From contig NW_024704761.1 of assembly GCF_018977255.1 (NCBI RefSeq), forward strand, positions 186,001-250,000: a stretch of 64,000 bases of DNA, given 5' to 3'. The notes beneath the pieces were generated by a model. It searched no databases, had not been told where the DNA came from, and saw nothing but the letters and a program-made list of their open reading frames with translations. The stretch's first letter is position 1. Each line of letters starts with the position of its first letter. The DNA is from Callorhinchus milii (lineage: Eukaryota). Of the stretch, positions 1-12,569 are shown piece by piece. A program made the position numbers and the translations under genes.

Positions 1-19
1 CGGACGTTAAAAAGAGCTT

Positions 20-140
20 GTCAATGCTGAGTGGGCACCTGACCTGGGGGTGGGACCAAGGGAGGTGGGAAGGGGTAAGATGACCAAAAGTGCAGTCAAA
101 GAAGTCGATTTTGAGACAGACCTCAAAAAACGGAAGGAAG
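20..140 (-). mobile_element. L2 LINE 3' end fragment
   Basis: The minus strand reads F-E-V-C-L-K-I-D-F-F-D-C-T-F-G-H, similar to the L2 ORF2 terminus FKxLLKTYLFDxAFGH. Confidence 0.55.
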
Positions 141-937
141 GGATAACAATAAGAAAAGAAAATGTGTTGAATAAAACTCAGGTTGAGTCGTACGTCCAAA
201 TTCACGCAGTATCACATTTAAGAATTATTATTAGTATAATTAGCTTACATCTGTACCAGCCCCTCACAGTGTGACCAGGACAAGAGACCACCTGAAGTGC
301 TGTACACAAACACAGCGACTTGAAGGGTATGGAGACTGGGGAGCTTGTGATGCCAGAGTACATGTCAGAGATGTGCATCGCTGGCAAAGGCAGAATCTTC
401 TCTGGAGAGAGCGAGCAAAGCCAGGATGTATTTAATCAGGCACAGCGGCAGCGTAAATGCTAGCAGCTGGGTTACAGATATTTACAAAACAGCTAGAGGT
501 TTTTTTTATATAAAACCAAAAGACCTCTCCTGAGCTAAAAGTGCAATTTCTCAAATGCAATGAGTAAATATGGTTCAGCTCCTGGCGTGCGTGTAATGAA
601 GGAGACTCCGCAGTGGGAATTCCCGTCCACAGTGACATTGCACCCGGGATCCAGCGGGAATGGGGGGGTTTTGCTCTGCCATCGAGTGCTGATGGCCTCG
701 GTATTCACTCGAGACTGACTTAATTGAACCCTTCATGTACTTTTTGAATTGTTGTCAATAAAGGTGCAGTTATTAACTCAGGTTATTTCAGTGACTTGCT
801 TATTGCAATACCCTCATATTAATGAGCTCACCACCCCCCTCCCCGCACCCCCCTATACACACACACACGGGCTGTGTCCTCCTGACCCATACACACACAT
901 AGCTGTCTTTCCCCCACCCCTCCCCCGCCCCATCATA

Positions 938-1079
938 TTAATAATGATCCTTGTATTTCATACAGTACTTTATCAAGTCGTTGATATATTGTAAAGTGTA
1001 GTGACTGTGTATTTTGTGGGTGAAATGCGGCAGCCAATTACACACAGCAGCGTCCCACAAACAGTCATGGATTGAGTGA
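938..1079 (-). mobile_element. SINE 3' body/tail fragment
   Basis: Reverse of gactgtttgtgggacgctgctgtg...attggctgccgcatttcacccacaaaatacacagtcac...aaggatcattatt, the shared SINE tail. Confidence 0.85.
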
Positions 1080-1957
1080 GGGATGGAGGGATGGACAAGA
1101 GACACTGAAACGGACTAGTTGGACTGAATGGCCTGTTTCCCTGCTGTAAAGTTCTGTATAATTGTATGGATACAAAAAGCATATAATTGCTGTAGAAAGC
1201 TATCAGTGTGCCACTCAGGGCTTCTGTGGTGTGTAACGTTCCTGCCTGATTCACAGTCAGGTTGATTTAATGTGAATCTGCTGCTAATTAAACTACACCT
1301 CACTGATTCTGACCCAGAGGAGTGTAAGAGGAGTGGGCAATAGCACTTCTCTTCAGTTCTGAAACCCCAGGCTGGAATGTAGCTACAGATCACATCATCT
1401 TCCTTTGATCACAGCCACAGATCCCAGGTGAACACTGTCAACCCTCCCCCCATTCCTTTGCCCCTCCCTCCTCCTCCCCCCCACCCAGAGCGTTCCCCAG
1501 CAGCACGCAAAAATATTCCCGAATCAGCGAAACTGTGGGAAGACAGGTGTGAGCTGCCAGCCCCAATGGCAAGCCTGGTGATGCCTTGCAGTGTTGCAAC
1601 ATCATCAGGGTGTCTGTCCAGTGTCACCATTTGATGTGCAGGAATTTTAACTCAGCAGAGATTAGTATCAGCATCTGACATTAGGCAACACAGCACATTG
1701 CAGTGACCACAACATGCACATCAGTCGGGGCTTCTACTTGCATTGTACCACACAGTGGCTGCCACCGTTTGTCAATGAGGCTAATTCCCAATGAGACTTA
1801 GGGCTGAGACACGATGGATTAGCGGTGAGGAAGGACTACGTAAACTCTGGCTCTTCCAGCTCTGAAATCAAAGTCTCGGACTTGATCTTATAGACGTGAC
1901 ATTAATGGGGTAGAGAAAGCAAAGCCACTGCAATACTTTCAGCTACGCCTCGGCAGC

Positions 1958-2300
1958 AGAACACAAGGGCAAAGGTTCGTGGCTGTGAAGGACTGAGAAG
2001 TATTCCTTTACATAGAGGGTTATCAAAGGCTGGAAATGAGCTTTAAGTAAGAGTACTTGAGGTCAGAACACTGGGATTCATTTAAGATTAAAACTGTAAT
2101 AAGTAATGAGTGGCTACAGTTATCAAGAAACATTAGACATTTTAGAACTTTTCTCCCTGGAGATGAGACACCTGAGAAGCGTTCTGATAGCAGTGCTTAA
2201 AATGATGAAAGGATTTGATAAGCGAACATTTAAGAGACTGTTTCCACTCTTTGGTGAGTCCAGAACAAAGATGCATAAATATAAGAGAACCACTAACCAC
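1958..2300 (+). mobile_element. CR1-clade LINE ORF2 C-terminal fragments
   Basis: SYQETLDILELFSLEMRHLRSVLIAVLKMMKGFD...LFPLFGESRTKMHKYK, a degraded CR1 SYEERL..LFSLEKRRLRGDL..RTRGH motif. Confidence 0.85.
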
Positions 2301-3063
2301 TAAGCTAGACACCAAATGCAAGAGTCCTCTATCCTCTTGATATGTTGGATCAATGAACACTGGCTCCAACATCAAAATAGCTTGCCCTGCTCTGCTCTAA
2401 GATATTGATTGTTCTGCCACAGCAGGATATACTGTACAACAGGTATACTGTATCCAGTATTCAGCGGGCCTGTCACCATTGCCCTTGTTATTCTAACCCG
2501 CTTGGCTTGAGTCAGGCAACATGAGATAGATGTGCCTCATTGGCATCAGCTAACTCCTGCTTGTTTAACATGTTGAGTGCTCCAAGGGCTGTGAGCAGCT
2601 CCTCACACGCCTAGGGTTGTGTGGATATGTGGTGCAGGCTGCACAGACTAGCAGTGCATACATTATATCTGTCCACTGCTGCTTCACTTACGAGCTGGGG
2701 GAGTTTGTCTTACGTTCAGGGATTAGCAGAGGGTGGTTTTGAAGCACAACATGATATTGCGGAGCGATGACTCACATGGAATGCGTCAAGATCAGCAGGA
2801 GTCACCAACTGGTGCCAGATCAGTGGGGGGTTGGGAGGGGGCTGTCTATTTTGCCATATTCAGAGAAGGAGTGGAAGTGTTAATTTGAGCCTGTTGCAGG
2901 AGTGATTTCTGAGTTTGCCTTTAGCACAACATACAATTGGGCAAAATCATGGAAAGTTCTTCAATTCGATTTCAATTTAAAAAAAGAGGCTTGTAGAAAA
3001 GCATTTTCCCCACATTATAATTATGATAATAATCCTTGCGTTTGATATTATAAGGATTATTAT

Positions 3064-3528
3064 CATCCAAGCCTTCATTACACCCAGGCTCGACTATGCC
3101 AATGTCCTGCTTGTAGGCCTTCCCAACTCTTCCCTTCACAAGCTGTAGATCATCCAGAACTCTGCAGCTCATGTCCTCTCCCGCATCAGGTCCATGAACC
3201 CATCAAACCCACCCTCGCCCGACTCCACTGGCTCCCCATCTCTCAGAGGATAGATTTCAAAATTCTCATCTTCACCTTCAAGGCCCTCCATGGCCTTGCC
3301 CCCTCCAACCTGCTGACCCCTTATCAACCTGTCCACTCCCTCCGCTCTGGCCTGCTCCATGTTCCCCACCCGGCCCACCCCCACACCGACCGTGCCTTCA
3401 GCCACCCTCCTACAAACCCCCACCCACCACCCCCCCCCCCCAACTTGGGTCCTAATCCTCGACTGTTCAGCGCCTTGGGACTTCCTCCCGATGTGAAAGC
3501 TGCTTTACAAATGTAATTTTGTGTATTG
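3064..3528 (+). mobile_element. L2 LINE 3' fragment with tail
   Basis: IQAFITPRLDYANVLLVGLP..IIQNSAAHVL..LHWLPISQRIDFKILIFTFKALHGLAP (L2 ORF2 C-terminus, with a stop and frameshift), then tail cagcgccttgggac...gtgaaagctgctttacaaatgtaattttg. Confidence 0.92.
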
Positions 3529-3529
3529 G

Positions 3530-3650
3530 GCTTTTCACGTTACAAAACACGCTTCACAGGATGTTACTGTAAAGTGTGGGGAGTGGGCATCTTGCACAGC
3601 TGAACGCAGCAGCCAATTTGCGCACAGCAACGTCCCACAAACAGCCACGT
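3530..3650 (-). mobile_element. SINE tail fragment
   Basis: cgcttcacagg...gcagccaatttgcgcacagcaacgtcccacaaacagcc. Confidence 0.8.
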
Positions 3651-4629
3651 AGAGATTTAAATTCCAAGATAAGTGGCCTTAGTGCTAAGATGAGGTGGAA
3701 TTTCAGGCCTCTAGGTGAGGACACAGTCTCAGTTGTGTTCTTCACCATTGCTGAATATCCTAGTGATATTCACTACTGATGTGTATCCAGTATTAATGGC
3801 CTGGGGCGAGTTGTGGAATCTACTCCAGTGGAAGGACAAAGGTATCAGGTGGCTTCACGAGAGGCGCGGTGAGAAATATCAGAGGCAACAAACTGATGTA
3901 GAAGGAAGTAAATTCTCACATAATTGAAGGACGACATTGACATAACCTTATTGGTACCAATTTCCTGGTGTTCCTCTCAGTCTATCACAACGTCTTCACA
4001 CCCAGGACTAGGCTATCGGAATCCTTAGTGTGCCGGTCTCTGGGTTCACAGTTGACCACTCAAACAGCTCCTTAAGTCTCGCTACAAATTGCTTTGGAGA
4101 GCAAACCTGTGCCCCGAAAAATATATGCATATAATTCCGAGTTCCCTTGACGTATATAACATGACAGAAAGGTCACGGTAAAAAAACTGACAGAAACAGC
4201 ATTTGTCTTGGCTGTAGCATGAGGTACTTTATAATGATACATCTGCAGGAAGTAAATTAGCTCCCAAGTGACTTGGTTTTTTAACATCTTGTTGTGGCCT
4301 GAAGCAATATTTCATACTGTGTTCTGACTTTTTACTTCTGTAGGTTGCCTTGGGAACAAGTGCTGGCTAACCTAGGTAAAGAACAGTAATTCTCTGAAAA
4401 GTTGTGGTGATTTTTTTTTCTCTCCCCATGTTGCAAAGGGAAGAGCTACTGAGGGATGGTAAAGCTTTTAAAGACCCTGTTGATTTAATACCCAAAGCTC
4501 TCGCTATACACTGTCTCTGGCTGCCACTGCATTCTCTACCTTCACTGCAGGACTAACCCGTTCTGCACAAGTGCAGTTCAAACAAATAATGTTGTTTGGC
4601 CCATTTGATCTCATCTACCCAGAATAACA

Positions 4630-5200
4630 ACTCGACACTTTATAATAATTCCTGTGAAGCAATTTGAGATGTCTCAATTACATGATAAGGCTCTACATAG
4701 TCTTGAGAGGAGACCTGACAAAGATGCATAACAAAGTTTCCCCTCAAAATATAGTCAATTCACTTTACAGTATATTCTGTGAAGCACTTTGAGACGTCTC
4801 AAAGTCGTGATAAGACATTATATCAAATGCGACAACAACAACAAAATTACATTTGTAAATGCAAGGAGTATTATTATTATTTTAAATGGGATGCACAAAG
4901 ACCATAGAACAAGAGGAAACAGGTTTGGAGCAGGGGGAATTTTAAGGACAGAGGCTAGGGAATTTTTCTTCACCTAGAGCTTAATTAACGACTGGAATAG
5001 GTTGCAGGAAAGGTGGTTGAGGCCAGCACACTGGACTCATTTAAAAAGCAGCTTGATGCTGTAATGGTGTGTGTGTGGTGGAGGGGAGGGGACAGTAGGG
5101 TGGATTTTCTGTCAGGAAGGATGGGATCAGATGAGCCAAAGGACCTTCTTCGTCTAAACCAATCTCTTGTGTTATATCAAATGCAAGGGATAATTATAAT
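4630..5200 (+). mobile_element. Nested SINE / CR1 / SINE / L2-tail cluster
   Basis: A SINE tail is split by a CR1 3' fragment (RGDL..., agaacaagaggaaac, ttcttcacctagag, gagccaaaggaccttc), which is itself split by a second SINE tail. Confidence 0.8.
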
Positions 5201-5779
5201 ACAAACCGCATAATGATGCCAAATGAGGTTGTTTGTAGTGAATGAGTTAATAAGTATGTTCACAAGATCGGTCTGAATGAAGAAGCCCCTTCAGTCCATC
5301 AGATCTCATCCCACGAGAAGGTCACAGAAATAGGGAGGAGCAAGGCTATGGAGGGCTTTATACAGCTTTATACTCTCCTCATCTGTTTATGCTGTTTATA
5401 GGATGTCACTGGGACAAATCACCTGACACGTTTGACTTCATAACAACATTCACTTCAATTTCAATTAATCTCATTGAGCAAAGTGCTTTGAGAATTTTTT
5501 TTAAGTGAAAGGTACATCATGTGGGTTGTTTGTGACAGACTGAAACTTGCAAAATGTCATGTTTACTGTCAGCACACAAGGACGTGAGTGGCTGGATTGC
5601 TTCATACAGAATCTTAGGATATAAAGGGATCTGATTTATCTACGTTAATTAACTCTTTATTCAGTTATCAGTTAAAATAGGACAATCTATCTCTGGGATT
5701 TCCATGTGTAGGTGGGATGCCTGGAAATCTCAGCTTGGTTTGGCTAATCTTAAGCAACGGTGATTTCTGCATGCGTCAG

Positions 5780-6032
5780 GGCAATTGTGCTGCCGCATTT
5801 ACCTACAAATACACAGTCACTCCATTTCACGGTATATTCTGTGAAGCACTTTGAAACGTCTCAACGATGTGATAAGGCACTGCATCAAATACAAGCATTA
5901 TTAATATTATTATATAGCAATTTATTTTATAATTTTATTTTATTTATTTTATAATTTTCTTAAAAGGCGCTATATTAAATGCAAGGATTATTATTATTTA
6001 TTATTATTATTTTCTGTGAAGCACTTTGAGAA
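5780..6032 (+). mobile_element. SINE tail copies
   Basis: gtatattctgtgaagcactttgaaacgtctcaacgatgtgataaggcac...aaatgcaaggattattatt. Confidence 0.85.
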
Positions 6033-6579
6033 ATTTCAACTATGTATGCGCAGAGTCAAATGTAAGGATTCCAAAGGTGTGTGAAAGAAAGAGACTGCAG
6101 ATGACTCTGGAAAGAAATTTTTACAACAAAACGTCTCAAAGAGCTTGACAATAATTTGCGTCATGTTTAGTGATTTTAATTTGTAGGCAAACCACAGAGC
6201 CGTTTTGCACAGAGCCAATGTCATGCAGTGAATGATCATTTAATCTGGAGGTTTATTGGCTGGGGCAGGGGAAGAATCCCTTTGTAAGGAACTGCCTCAT
6301 AACAGAATCTCTTTCCGGGTGGAATAGTGCACATCTCCAATGGAATCATTGCTGCTTCCCCTAACAGACATCCTTAGCAGTATGTACACTTGTCAATTAA
6401 ATAACCCTCATAAACAATCCCAGTTGCTAGAGAAGAGAAAACATTATTGGGATCATTTACAATCCTGCAAGTATCACTGGAACGAGGCTTGTTGTGAAAG
6501 AATGTTAAGTGGCGAATCCTGCACATTTCGCCAGTTTATTCCAACAGTTAGTTAGTCATCGTTCTGCACAGCAACGTTC

Positions 6580-7075
6580 TGCCATTGCTCTACAATCGTG
6601 CACATCACACCTTGGGCTGGGGAAGGGGAGAACACATCAGCCAGTGAGCCTTCTCCAGGTTACTAAACAGTGCCTCCCACCGCTGCAAGATTGGTGTGTC
6701 TTTACGTATCTCTGTGTGTCTCTGCGAATCTTTGTGTGTCTGTGCATGTCTCTGTGTACCAGTCTATGTGTGTCTACGTCTGTCTGTGTGTCTGTGCGAA
6801 TCTCTCTGTGTCTGTGTGTCCGTGTCTCTGTGCACATCTCTGTATGTCTGTGTCTGTGTGTACACGTGTTGCTTAAGGACACAATTAGCTTGGCTATGAC
6901 AGTGCTAACACCAGCCAGACTTCAGTCTTGTGGATCAGATGTCACCACAGCCCTTTGCCCATTTAATCTCAACCTCCCAGAGCAGCCACCCTGCCACCCA
7001 CCCAGACCAACCTTGTGTGTCGAATCACACACTAACAATGGCCACTCTCTGAGGGCCTGGAAGGCACCTGGTGAA
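6580..7075 (+). mobile_element. Old SINE-like element (family 3) containing an expanded microsatellite
   Basis: ctacaat...ccttgggctggggaaggggag..atcagccag upstream and cacac..aatggccac..gagggcctggaaggc downstream resemble the copies at 8850, 13880, 37240 and 46870. Confidence 0.55.
6695..6870. repeat. Degenerate (TG/TC)n microsatellite
   Basis: tgtgtctctgtgtgtc... run. Confidence 0.92.
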
Positions 7076-7084
7076 GCCAGTGTG

Positions 7085-7245
7085 TGGCCAGCAACGTCCC
7101 ACAAACAGCTATGGAGTGAATGGCTGATGTTGATCTAAAGTTCACTGGGAGAAACTCCTTCCTGTTTTCGAGCAGTGGCCACGGGATCTTTAGGGACGAC
7201 CTGAACAGACACGGACAGTTCCTCTGACAATGCAGCATTCCCCCA
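7085..7245 (-). mobile_element. Deu-domain SINE fragment
   Basis: Reverse of gaatgctgcattgtcagagg..ttcaggt...aaagatcccgtggccact...gagtttctccc...gctgtttgtgggac. Confidence 0.8.
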
Positions 7246-7424
7246 GCCGGTTCCTGAGCCAGGCGATACGGAGCACTCAAAGGCACTGCTGATGACTGAT
7301 GGCCGGCCCCACCTGGCTCCTCGGCATGACTGACCACATCAGGACCTGACCCCCAAAACGTCAAGGAGGGAAGCAAATTGGTAAGAAGTGAAATGGAATG
7401 AAAAGCTACACCAGTTTTTGTTTT

Positions 7425-7690
7425 GATCAGCCGGGTGTCTGCCACATGCGGAAACCCATCACCGTGCTTGAGTATCCAAAAAAACAGAATTCCACGTATC
7501 CCAACTACACATGGAAATCCCAAGAGAGATTGTTGTAGTGGAATTCCCACTCACACCCTGTAGGGACGCATCCAGTTTATCTAATTCCGGTGAGTATTAG
7601 GCGCAGGTTGGCAAGTATCAAGGCTTAGAGACCCCAGAGTGTGCAATGGGGTAACTGCTGGAGTCTGACCAGCTAAAACCACATTTTGGG
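7425..7690. repeat. Unclassified dispersed repeat, copy 1
   Basis: Shares tgtctg(c/a)cacatgc(g/a)gaaacc..tc.ccgtgctt and caaggcttagagaccccagagtgtg...aactgctggagtct.accagc.aaaaccaca with 20940-21180. Confidence 0.75.
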
Positions 7691-8214
7691 TTTATGGACA
7701 ATCCATTTATGAGACTGAGGCTGATGCATTGGATAGCCAAACTATAATCATTAATAGATGTCTTTCCAATGATGTGCGCGACTTGGGGGGCCATCGATAG
7801 CATGAGTTACAAATTAGACTTTCAAAAGAGTTTGCTAAGTAATTATGGTTCCTCTGTGCTACATTTTCCTGCTGACAGGAATATTTCTGCTCCTTCATTG
7901 CTACTGGTAAGTGCCTGTCCCTTGTACTCATCTCATTATAAGGAGAAAAGGGAATTCAAATTGAAATTGACCGCTAAGACCGATGACTAATGATTGCTTT
8001 CCTTCAGAGTCCCTGCCTGTAGAGAAGGTATTGTTTGGTGGTGTATCTGCACTCACATGCTGACTGAGAGCAGAGCAGAGGCAATCTAATTTAGGCAGAC
8101 TTAGGAAATATTAATCTAAATATCCCCCCGCTAAAGGACACTGACAGTACACGTAAAATGTGCACCTTAGTTCCACGAGGAAGTGCAAACATAAGGTGAG
8201 TTACGATCAGTCTC

Positions 8215-8527
8215 GATTTTGTGAGAGACCGGATATCGATTCCCAGCATGGTGAAATGTTGGGCAAGGTTCCTTATTCCACACGCTTCTGTTTACCTAGC
8301 AGTAAGTAGGAACCCGGTTGTTAGTCATTTGGGGGATCGCTTTTCTGGGGGCCATAATCCCTTAAAAAAATAATTTGTTCACTCAATTCATGACTGTTTG
8401 TGGGATGCTGCTGTGTGCAATTTCGCCCACAAAATATACGGACAATTCACTTTACAGTATGTTCTGTGAAGCGTTTGAGACGTCCAGAAAACGTGATAAG
8501 GCGCTTTATCAAATGCAAGGATTATAA
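8215..8527 (+). mobile_element. CORE-type tRNA-SINE (long variant)
   Basis: Partial tRNA head, ttgggcaaggttccttattccacacgcttctgtttacctagcagtaagtaggaacccggttgttagtc central domain, shared tail ending aaatgcaaggattat. Confidence 0.9.
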
Positions 8528-8849
8528 GCCCCATGTCAGGATCTGAGCTCAATATTCTCGGTGCTGATGCTCTGGTGCAGTATTGGGGGAATGCAGTCTT
8601 AATACTCTCTGGAATTAGATAACCAAGGTGTGTCCCCTGGGACGATGAGCCCTCATTCCATTCCAGACTCAGGTTAATTTGCTCTTCAGTGAAGATCTGC
8701 TTTTAGCACGGTGCTTGATAAAAATTACTGTAACGTGCTTTGAGAGATTTTGACATGATAAAGCACATTCTTGATATGACCTCAGGCAAGCTTGTTCCTA
8801 AGGCTGTTCATTGGCTACCTCAATGCTTTAGTCACCGAGTTACTGAGCC

Positions 8850-8985
8850 ACCCGGCTCCGACTCGCAGTCTCTGCTGCCTTAGCAGATCTCAGTCAGGGC
8901 AGTACCTCAGGGTTATAATAGGCTTCAGTGTCCCTGTGTTGGGGTGGAGGGAAAAGATTAGTCAGTGCTCCAACTCCAGGTCACT
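8850..8985 (+). mobile_element. Old SINE-like element (family 3) fragment
   Basis: ttagcagatctcagtcagggcagt...ggcttcagtgtccctgtgttggggtggagggaaaagattagtcag. Confidence 0.65.
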
Positions 8986-9699
8986 ATAATAATAATAACC
9001 CTTGCATTTGATATAGCACTTATGTCTTTGAGACGTTTCAAAGCGCTTCACAGACTATAGTGTAAAGTGGATTGACACTAGCCGGGTGCATGTTGGGTGG
9101 GTTCAGGAGGGGGAAAATGCCAACTGGATCTAAATTTACCCTCTTAATACCAGTGTACGGAATTGTTCCGTCTTGAGATGACATGTCAATCTTCATGCCA
9201 ATCTGTGGATTAAATTCTGTGCTGGGAAGGCCATTCATGGTGATTGGGGTTGACTTTGTCATCTTTGATAAGGTTGGAGTGGGCATGTCTCTGTGTAATA
9301 GAGGATGGTGGGGGTGGGAGTGTACTGCCTAGCTCGGGAAAACAAAGCCAAGCAGTAAAGCAGCGAGACTGTAGCACTAACAAGGATACAGTGGAGTAAA
9401 GAGGATGGAACAAGGAGCAGAGCAATTTGCAGTTCAAAATGACCAGAAATGCATCAATGTCAATGAAGAACCACAGAGTAATGGTCTGCTCTGTGTTCGG
9501 CTGCTGTTTAAGGGACAGCTCCAGTGCTCGCCCTCTCACTTTGGTTTACTTTAGAAATCAGTAAATGCGAACTCCCGATGACAACCTCGGGCTTTAAATC
9601 CATAAAGGAAAATCAGAGCGTTAAAAAAGCAACAAAAAAGATTGTAAAAAATAAACAATTGCCACAAGTATGTCAGAGCTAAATTACATTGTGAAGTGA

Positions 9700-10136
9700 G
9701 GCCGATAGATAATTGCAATCTCTCCTCAGAAATGTACCAGAAATTGTGGGTTCAAGTCCCCGGTCGGGACTTGGAATCACACAGTCTATACTGACACTCC
9801 AATACAGTGCTGGGGGAAGCTGCATTGATGGAAGTGCCATCCTTTGGATGAGATGCTAAACCGAGGTCCTGTTTGCCTATTCAGGTGGACATTAAAGATC
9901 CCATGGCACTATTTGAAAGGGAAGGAAATGTCTCCTGCATTCTGACCAACAATCCCCCAGATATAATCGGTCACTCACTCCATGGCTGTTTCTGCGACTT
10001 TGCTATACGCAAACTGACTGCCGAGGTCACCACAAAATACATACAATCACGGCACTTTACCATGTATCACGTGAAGTGCTTTGAGATGTCTTCCTGATGT
10101 GGAAGGAGCTACACAAAATGTAAGGATTATTATTAT
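9700..10136 (+). mobile_element. Deu-domain SINE (SacSINE1-like), near full length
   Basis: B-box gggttcaagtcc, then gtgccatcctttggatgagatgctaaaccgaggtcctgtttgcctattcaggtggacattaaagatcccatggcactatttg (Deu domain), then shared tail. Confidence 0.9.
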
Positions 10137-11114
10137 AAACTCTCTGAATGGTTGGTACTATTGGGTGTGACATAATTTCAAGGTACCCCTGATGTCACTT
10201 GCTGTGCATTCTCAAGCCACACGCTGCATGTAAGGATAGTGATGGGGTCCACAACGCTATCAGCAAACCTGCGTTGTAACAAGTTGTGTTATAACAGGGG
10301 TTTTACTGCAGCAATGGTTACGGGGAGAAAGCAGGAGATTAGATGGCTCATGTGGAGCCATCTACAGCGATGTTGATATTTTGATTTTAAGCACAAAGGT
10401 GAAGGCCAATCTCTTTCTATGGGATGAGGCAGTTATCTCGAGGAGATGAGATCACTAAGAAAAGGCCTCCTTCTGTGGCGCAATGTTTATGATTCTAATG
10501 TTCCTAGTCTGGGATAATGCTATTGTATTGGTCACTATAGCCTCAATGCCTGTATCTCACTAAAAACAGTGACTACGGAAATAGAAAGCTAATAACATGC
10601 CTAAAAACCAACCACAGCTAGAATCCACTCACCCGACCTGAAGCAAGTCTCTAAGACAGTTTTCATTATTACATTTACTTCAGACGTAACAAAGTCAAGT
10701 CCAAGAGTTTTGGCTGGAAGCAACAATTTATTCGAAAAATATTGAGCACCTTACAAGCATCTGCCCTAGTCTACAATTCAATTATGAAGCTCAGTGTATC
10801 CAGGCTTACCTTGTGTATTTACCATGCTGCCTGCCAGCACTTTCTTAATTCAATGACTCCAATGCATTTCGACGTTCAGACCAACACACATCAACTCCAA
10901 ACCTGTGCACTACATTTTCCAAGCAAAAGCAATACATCCACTGTGCTTTACCACAAAATTGACTACCTCATGTATTACAACCTGTACGTCATTTATTGGT
11001 CATTGAAACAAACATTCCATGATCTTACAGGACAATTCTGAACCGTGTTACACAAACTCTTAGCCAACACCGCTGTACATTATTTACCACAGGAACTACA
11101 GAAACAGGGTTTTT

Positions 11115-11450
11115 AATATTAATAACCCTTGCATTTGATATAGCACCTTATCACATTGTTCAGACGTCTCAAAGCGCTTCACAGGATATACTGTAAAGTA
11201 AATTGATGAAACATGGCAGCCAATTGCACATAGCAGTGTCCCACAAACAGTTGTGGATTTTTTAAGCAATTATTACCCCTGGAAAAGCGATCCGCTAAGC
11301 GAATAACAACTGGGTTCCTACTTCCTGCTGGGTAAACAGAGGCGTATGAAGTAAGGAAACTTGTCTAAGGTTTTGCCCTAGCCAGGAATTGAACCCGGGT
11401 CCTCTGACTTGCGAGGCGAGTGCTATAAGCAATACGCTACAAGGCTCCAC
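11115..11450 (-). mobile_element. CORE-type tRNA-SINE, full length
   Basis: Reverse strand: gtggagccttgtagcgt...gggttcaattcc head, agtttccttacttc..ctctgtttacccagcaggaagtaggaaccc domain, tail aaatgcaagggttatt. Confidence 0.9.
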
Positions 11451-11489
11451 TGTTTTTTCAATGAAAGTGTTATGATCTACAATAAGCTC

Positions 11490-11800
11490 TGCATTTGATC
11501 TTAGAGTCCAGGCTGATGTTCCTCCGGAGCACTGAGAGACTGCTGTAATGTCAGAGGCGCCATCCTTCAAATGAGATGTTGAAGCCATGCACTTTTGCCT
11601 GCCTCCCTAAGGTGGATGTTAAAGAGCTCACAAAACTATTCAAAAAAGGCGGAGACAATTTCCTGGTGTCCTGGTCAACAACTATTCAAATAAAATTAAT
11701 CATTCATCTATCTCATGGCTAAGTGGGGAGAGTCCCCGGCTTGGGTTTGAACCCACAATCTTCTAACTTAGAGGCGAGAGTGCTCCCAACTGAGCCAGGA
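11490..11800. mobile_element. Deu-domain SINE fragment (+) and tRNA-like head fragment (-)
   Basis: gtcagaggcgccatccttcaaatgagatgttgaagcc...ggtggatgttaaagag, followed by tttgaacccacaatcttctaacttagaggcgagagtgctcccaactgagcc. Confidence 0.75.
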
Positions 11801-12315
11801 CACTAAAGACTCCTTGTGACAATATTATCCTGCGGTGTTGATAACACAACAGCCTTTCAAAGTCTTTTAACTGTTATGAATGTGGTTTATGTAACTGTCA
11901 TCTCCATTGGAAAGACAATAAATGGTAATCACTGCTCTGCTGCTCATGGAGCTCACCGTATGTGCAGATGTAGAAAGTCCAGGTTAGATTCCTGGTCTGT
12001 GTTACATTGATTGATCTTCAATGATATGCATCATCCAAAGGAATTTAGTGTGAATGAAATTCAATTAAATGCTGCACTAAACAATGCAATGGAAGCAAGA
12101 ACATTCCTGTTTGCCAACCTTAGTCAAATTAAATGGAGTATATTGTATTAACCCGTTTCCAATCTTTCATTCTGTGGCTGAAAATCATTTAAAGGGTAGG
12201 TATGCTGGAATTATAATCTGTTTGCTTTTCTTTGAGTGAAAATGTAGTTTAATGAAATATTCCTTAAAATTCTCCAAACAGCACTCTTCCTCTCTCACCC
12301 AAAATGGTTATAACA

Positions 12316-12569
12316 TTTCCAGGCAGGGCGAAACCTTGGGCAAGTTTCCTTACTCCACACGCCTAATAATAATCCCTCCAAAACAAAACAATAATAAATT
12401 GGTCATTTCCAATCTTGACTGTTTGTGGGACGCTGATGTGCGCAATTGGTTGTCGCATTTCGCCCACAAATATACGGTCAATTCACTTTACAGTCTATTC
12501 TGTGAAGCACTTTTAGACGTCAAGAAGACGTGAAAAGTGCTATATCAAATACAAGGATTATTATTATTG
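12316..12569 (+). mobile_element. CORE-type SINE, short (internally deleted) variant, 5'-truncated, with TSD
   Basis: aaaccttgggcaagtttccttactccacacgcc is joined directly to taataataatccc. Flanked by TATAACA at 12309-12315 and 12570-12576. Confidence 0.92.

Noticed and set aside
6509-7550. Long ORFs of 209 aa (+) and 172 aa (-)
   Set aside because: They run through a microsatellite and repeat fragments, have low complexity and show no splice or domain support.
10265-10310. Possible Tigger/pogo-like terminal inverted repeat (gttataacaggggttttactg)
   Set aside because: No matching partner TIR found nearby, and too short to support a call.
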